Below are positions 62,673 through 64,000 of a stretch of 64,000 bases of DNA, in pieces. Under the pieces are notes generated by a model. It was not told the origin of the DNA and did not search any database. It saw only the letters and a program-made list of their open reading frames with translations. The position numbers and the translations under genes are program-made. Position 1 is the stretch's first letter. Each line of letters begins with the position of its first letter. Location of the stretch: NCBI GenBank assembly GCA_951406725.2, contig OX597816.1:132122001-132186000 (forward strand), in the 5' to 3' direction. Source of the DNA: Octopus vulgaris. Taxonomy: Eukaryota.

Positions 62673-62739
62673 ATGGTTATTGATAGCAAGCTGCTATCAA
62701 CAGGGGAGGAGATGACAGAGTACTTGACAACAGATATTC
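62673..62739 (+). CDS. Candidate first coding exon of an unidentified gene (MVIDSKLLSTGEEMTEYLTTDI, phase-1 intron)
   Basis: ATG in ATCATGG context with in-frame stops upstream, consensus donor GTAAGT at 62740, acceptors at 62561 (long poly-T tract) and 62642; unique sequence. No homology recognised. Confidence 0.35.
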
Positions 62740-63654
62740 GTAAGTAGACTCAGGACATAGGAGAGAGATACATACACAAAATGCACATTTAGTAGACTCT
62801 TAAACAGTCTTTTTAATTCTTGTTGCTTCTGCTGCTGCTGCTGCTATTGCTTCCACTGAAGTGGCACATGGCCAGCAAGCACAAACAGAAAACAGCTATG
62901 TTTTAGTTTGTGAAGCATCAAGGACATGTTTCTGTAGAATTCACATCCACATAGAAATAAGTTACCAATAATTTTACAAATGTGGGGATTTGTTCAATGA
63001 GAATTTCGTTACAGAGGTAAGCTGGAAGGTTTCTTTGTTGTAAAGGAATATTTTATTGAAATAAAACGATTCCAGTTTCTTAGTTGGCAAGTTAAAAATA
63101 AATATTGTCAAATCTAGTAATTTTAGTCTTTTTATCATAAGAGAGCATATTGTTCTGATTGTGTTCAAAAATGAGTTGTTTTCTGTATTTCATTTCTATT
63201 TTGTTTCACCTAATTTTTTTTTCTAGATTTTTGTATTCAATTTCTTTCAGAGAAGTAATTTTAAATAGAATTAGAACTACAGGGAATTCTAACACTGAAA
63301 TCATAAATTCACATTATATTACAAAACTAACATTTTAAAGTAATCATTAAAAAATTTGTTATGATGTTTATTTTCAATACCATATAACACTTCAAGAAAG
63401 AGCTGTAATTAAGTTGAAATTTTTAAATCAACAGTTTCTGGGAAAGTTAGTGCCAGTTTTTCTGTTCAAATGACTTACATCTTGTGCACAAATACACTTC
63501 TCAATTTCTGTTTTGAATTAAGATTTTGTTTCAGTGAACCAAGTACTGTAATCTGGTTTTATCATTTTCTTACTCTTTCTGTTGGAAATGATAAAGAGAA
63601 GATTTATCATCATCGTCATCACCACCACCACTGCTATCATCATCATCATGGTTA

Positions 63655-63915
63655 GTAGGTTGGCCAAATTGTAAGAATACCAGGAAACATGCATTAAGAT
63701 ATTTGTACCAGCTCTTTACATCCTGGTTTCAAATCTTGATGAGGTCAGCTTTGCTTTTCTCCTTTTTCAAGTCACTAATATAAAAGTACCTGAAATTGCT
63801 GGCTTTGTGCCAAAGTTAGAATGATTTATTACAGATAACAGTAATATTGGTTTCAAATTTTGGCACAAAGTCAATAATCTCGGCGGAGGGGTAAGTCGAT
63901 TACATCGACGCCATC
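63655..63915. mobile_element. Two family C SINE pieces, tail to tail (plus 63655-63830, minus 63845-63915)
   Basis: GGCTTTGTGCCAAA versus TTTGGCACAAAG; GTTTCAAATC B-box-like motif. Confidence 0.7.
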
Positions 63916-64000
63916 ATATGTGTGTGTGTGTCTCCCACCATGACAGCCAGTGCTGGTTTGTTTACATCTCCATAGCTCACAGTTCAGCAAAAGAGACCAA

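Overview
AT-rich eukaryotic DNA dense in microsatellites and repeats, most likely intronic or intergenic sequence from an octopod cephalopod (inferred from the repeat landscape, not verified). None of the listed ORFs is a credible complete gene: most are translations of (TA)n/(TG)n/(CAT)n tracts or of SINEs. The window is a mosaic of several tRNA-derived SINE families (arbitrarily labelled A1/A2, B, C, D, G) that share and swap modules, TTAA-flanked piggyBac-type MITEs, hAT-type MITEs with 8-bp target-site duplications (TSDs), and decayed relics of RTE and CR1/Jockey-group LINEs, a mariner transposase and a Tigger/pogo transposase. The most notable hidden signals are three type I hammerhead ribozyme motifs in three apparently unrelated repeats (27246-27320, 60623-60702, 10139-10242) plus two more decayed candidates; two CpG-retaining islands (about 3.4-3.6 kb and 13.4-14.4 kb) in a CpG-depleted background; and one plausible plus-strand first coding exon near 62.6-62.7 kb. 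Repeat boundaries were placed by eye and are approximate (about 10-20 bp) unless a TSD is quoted.
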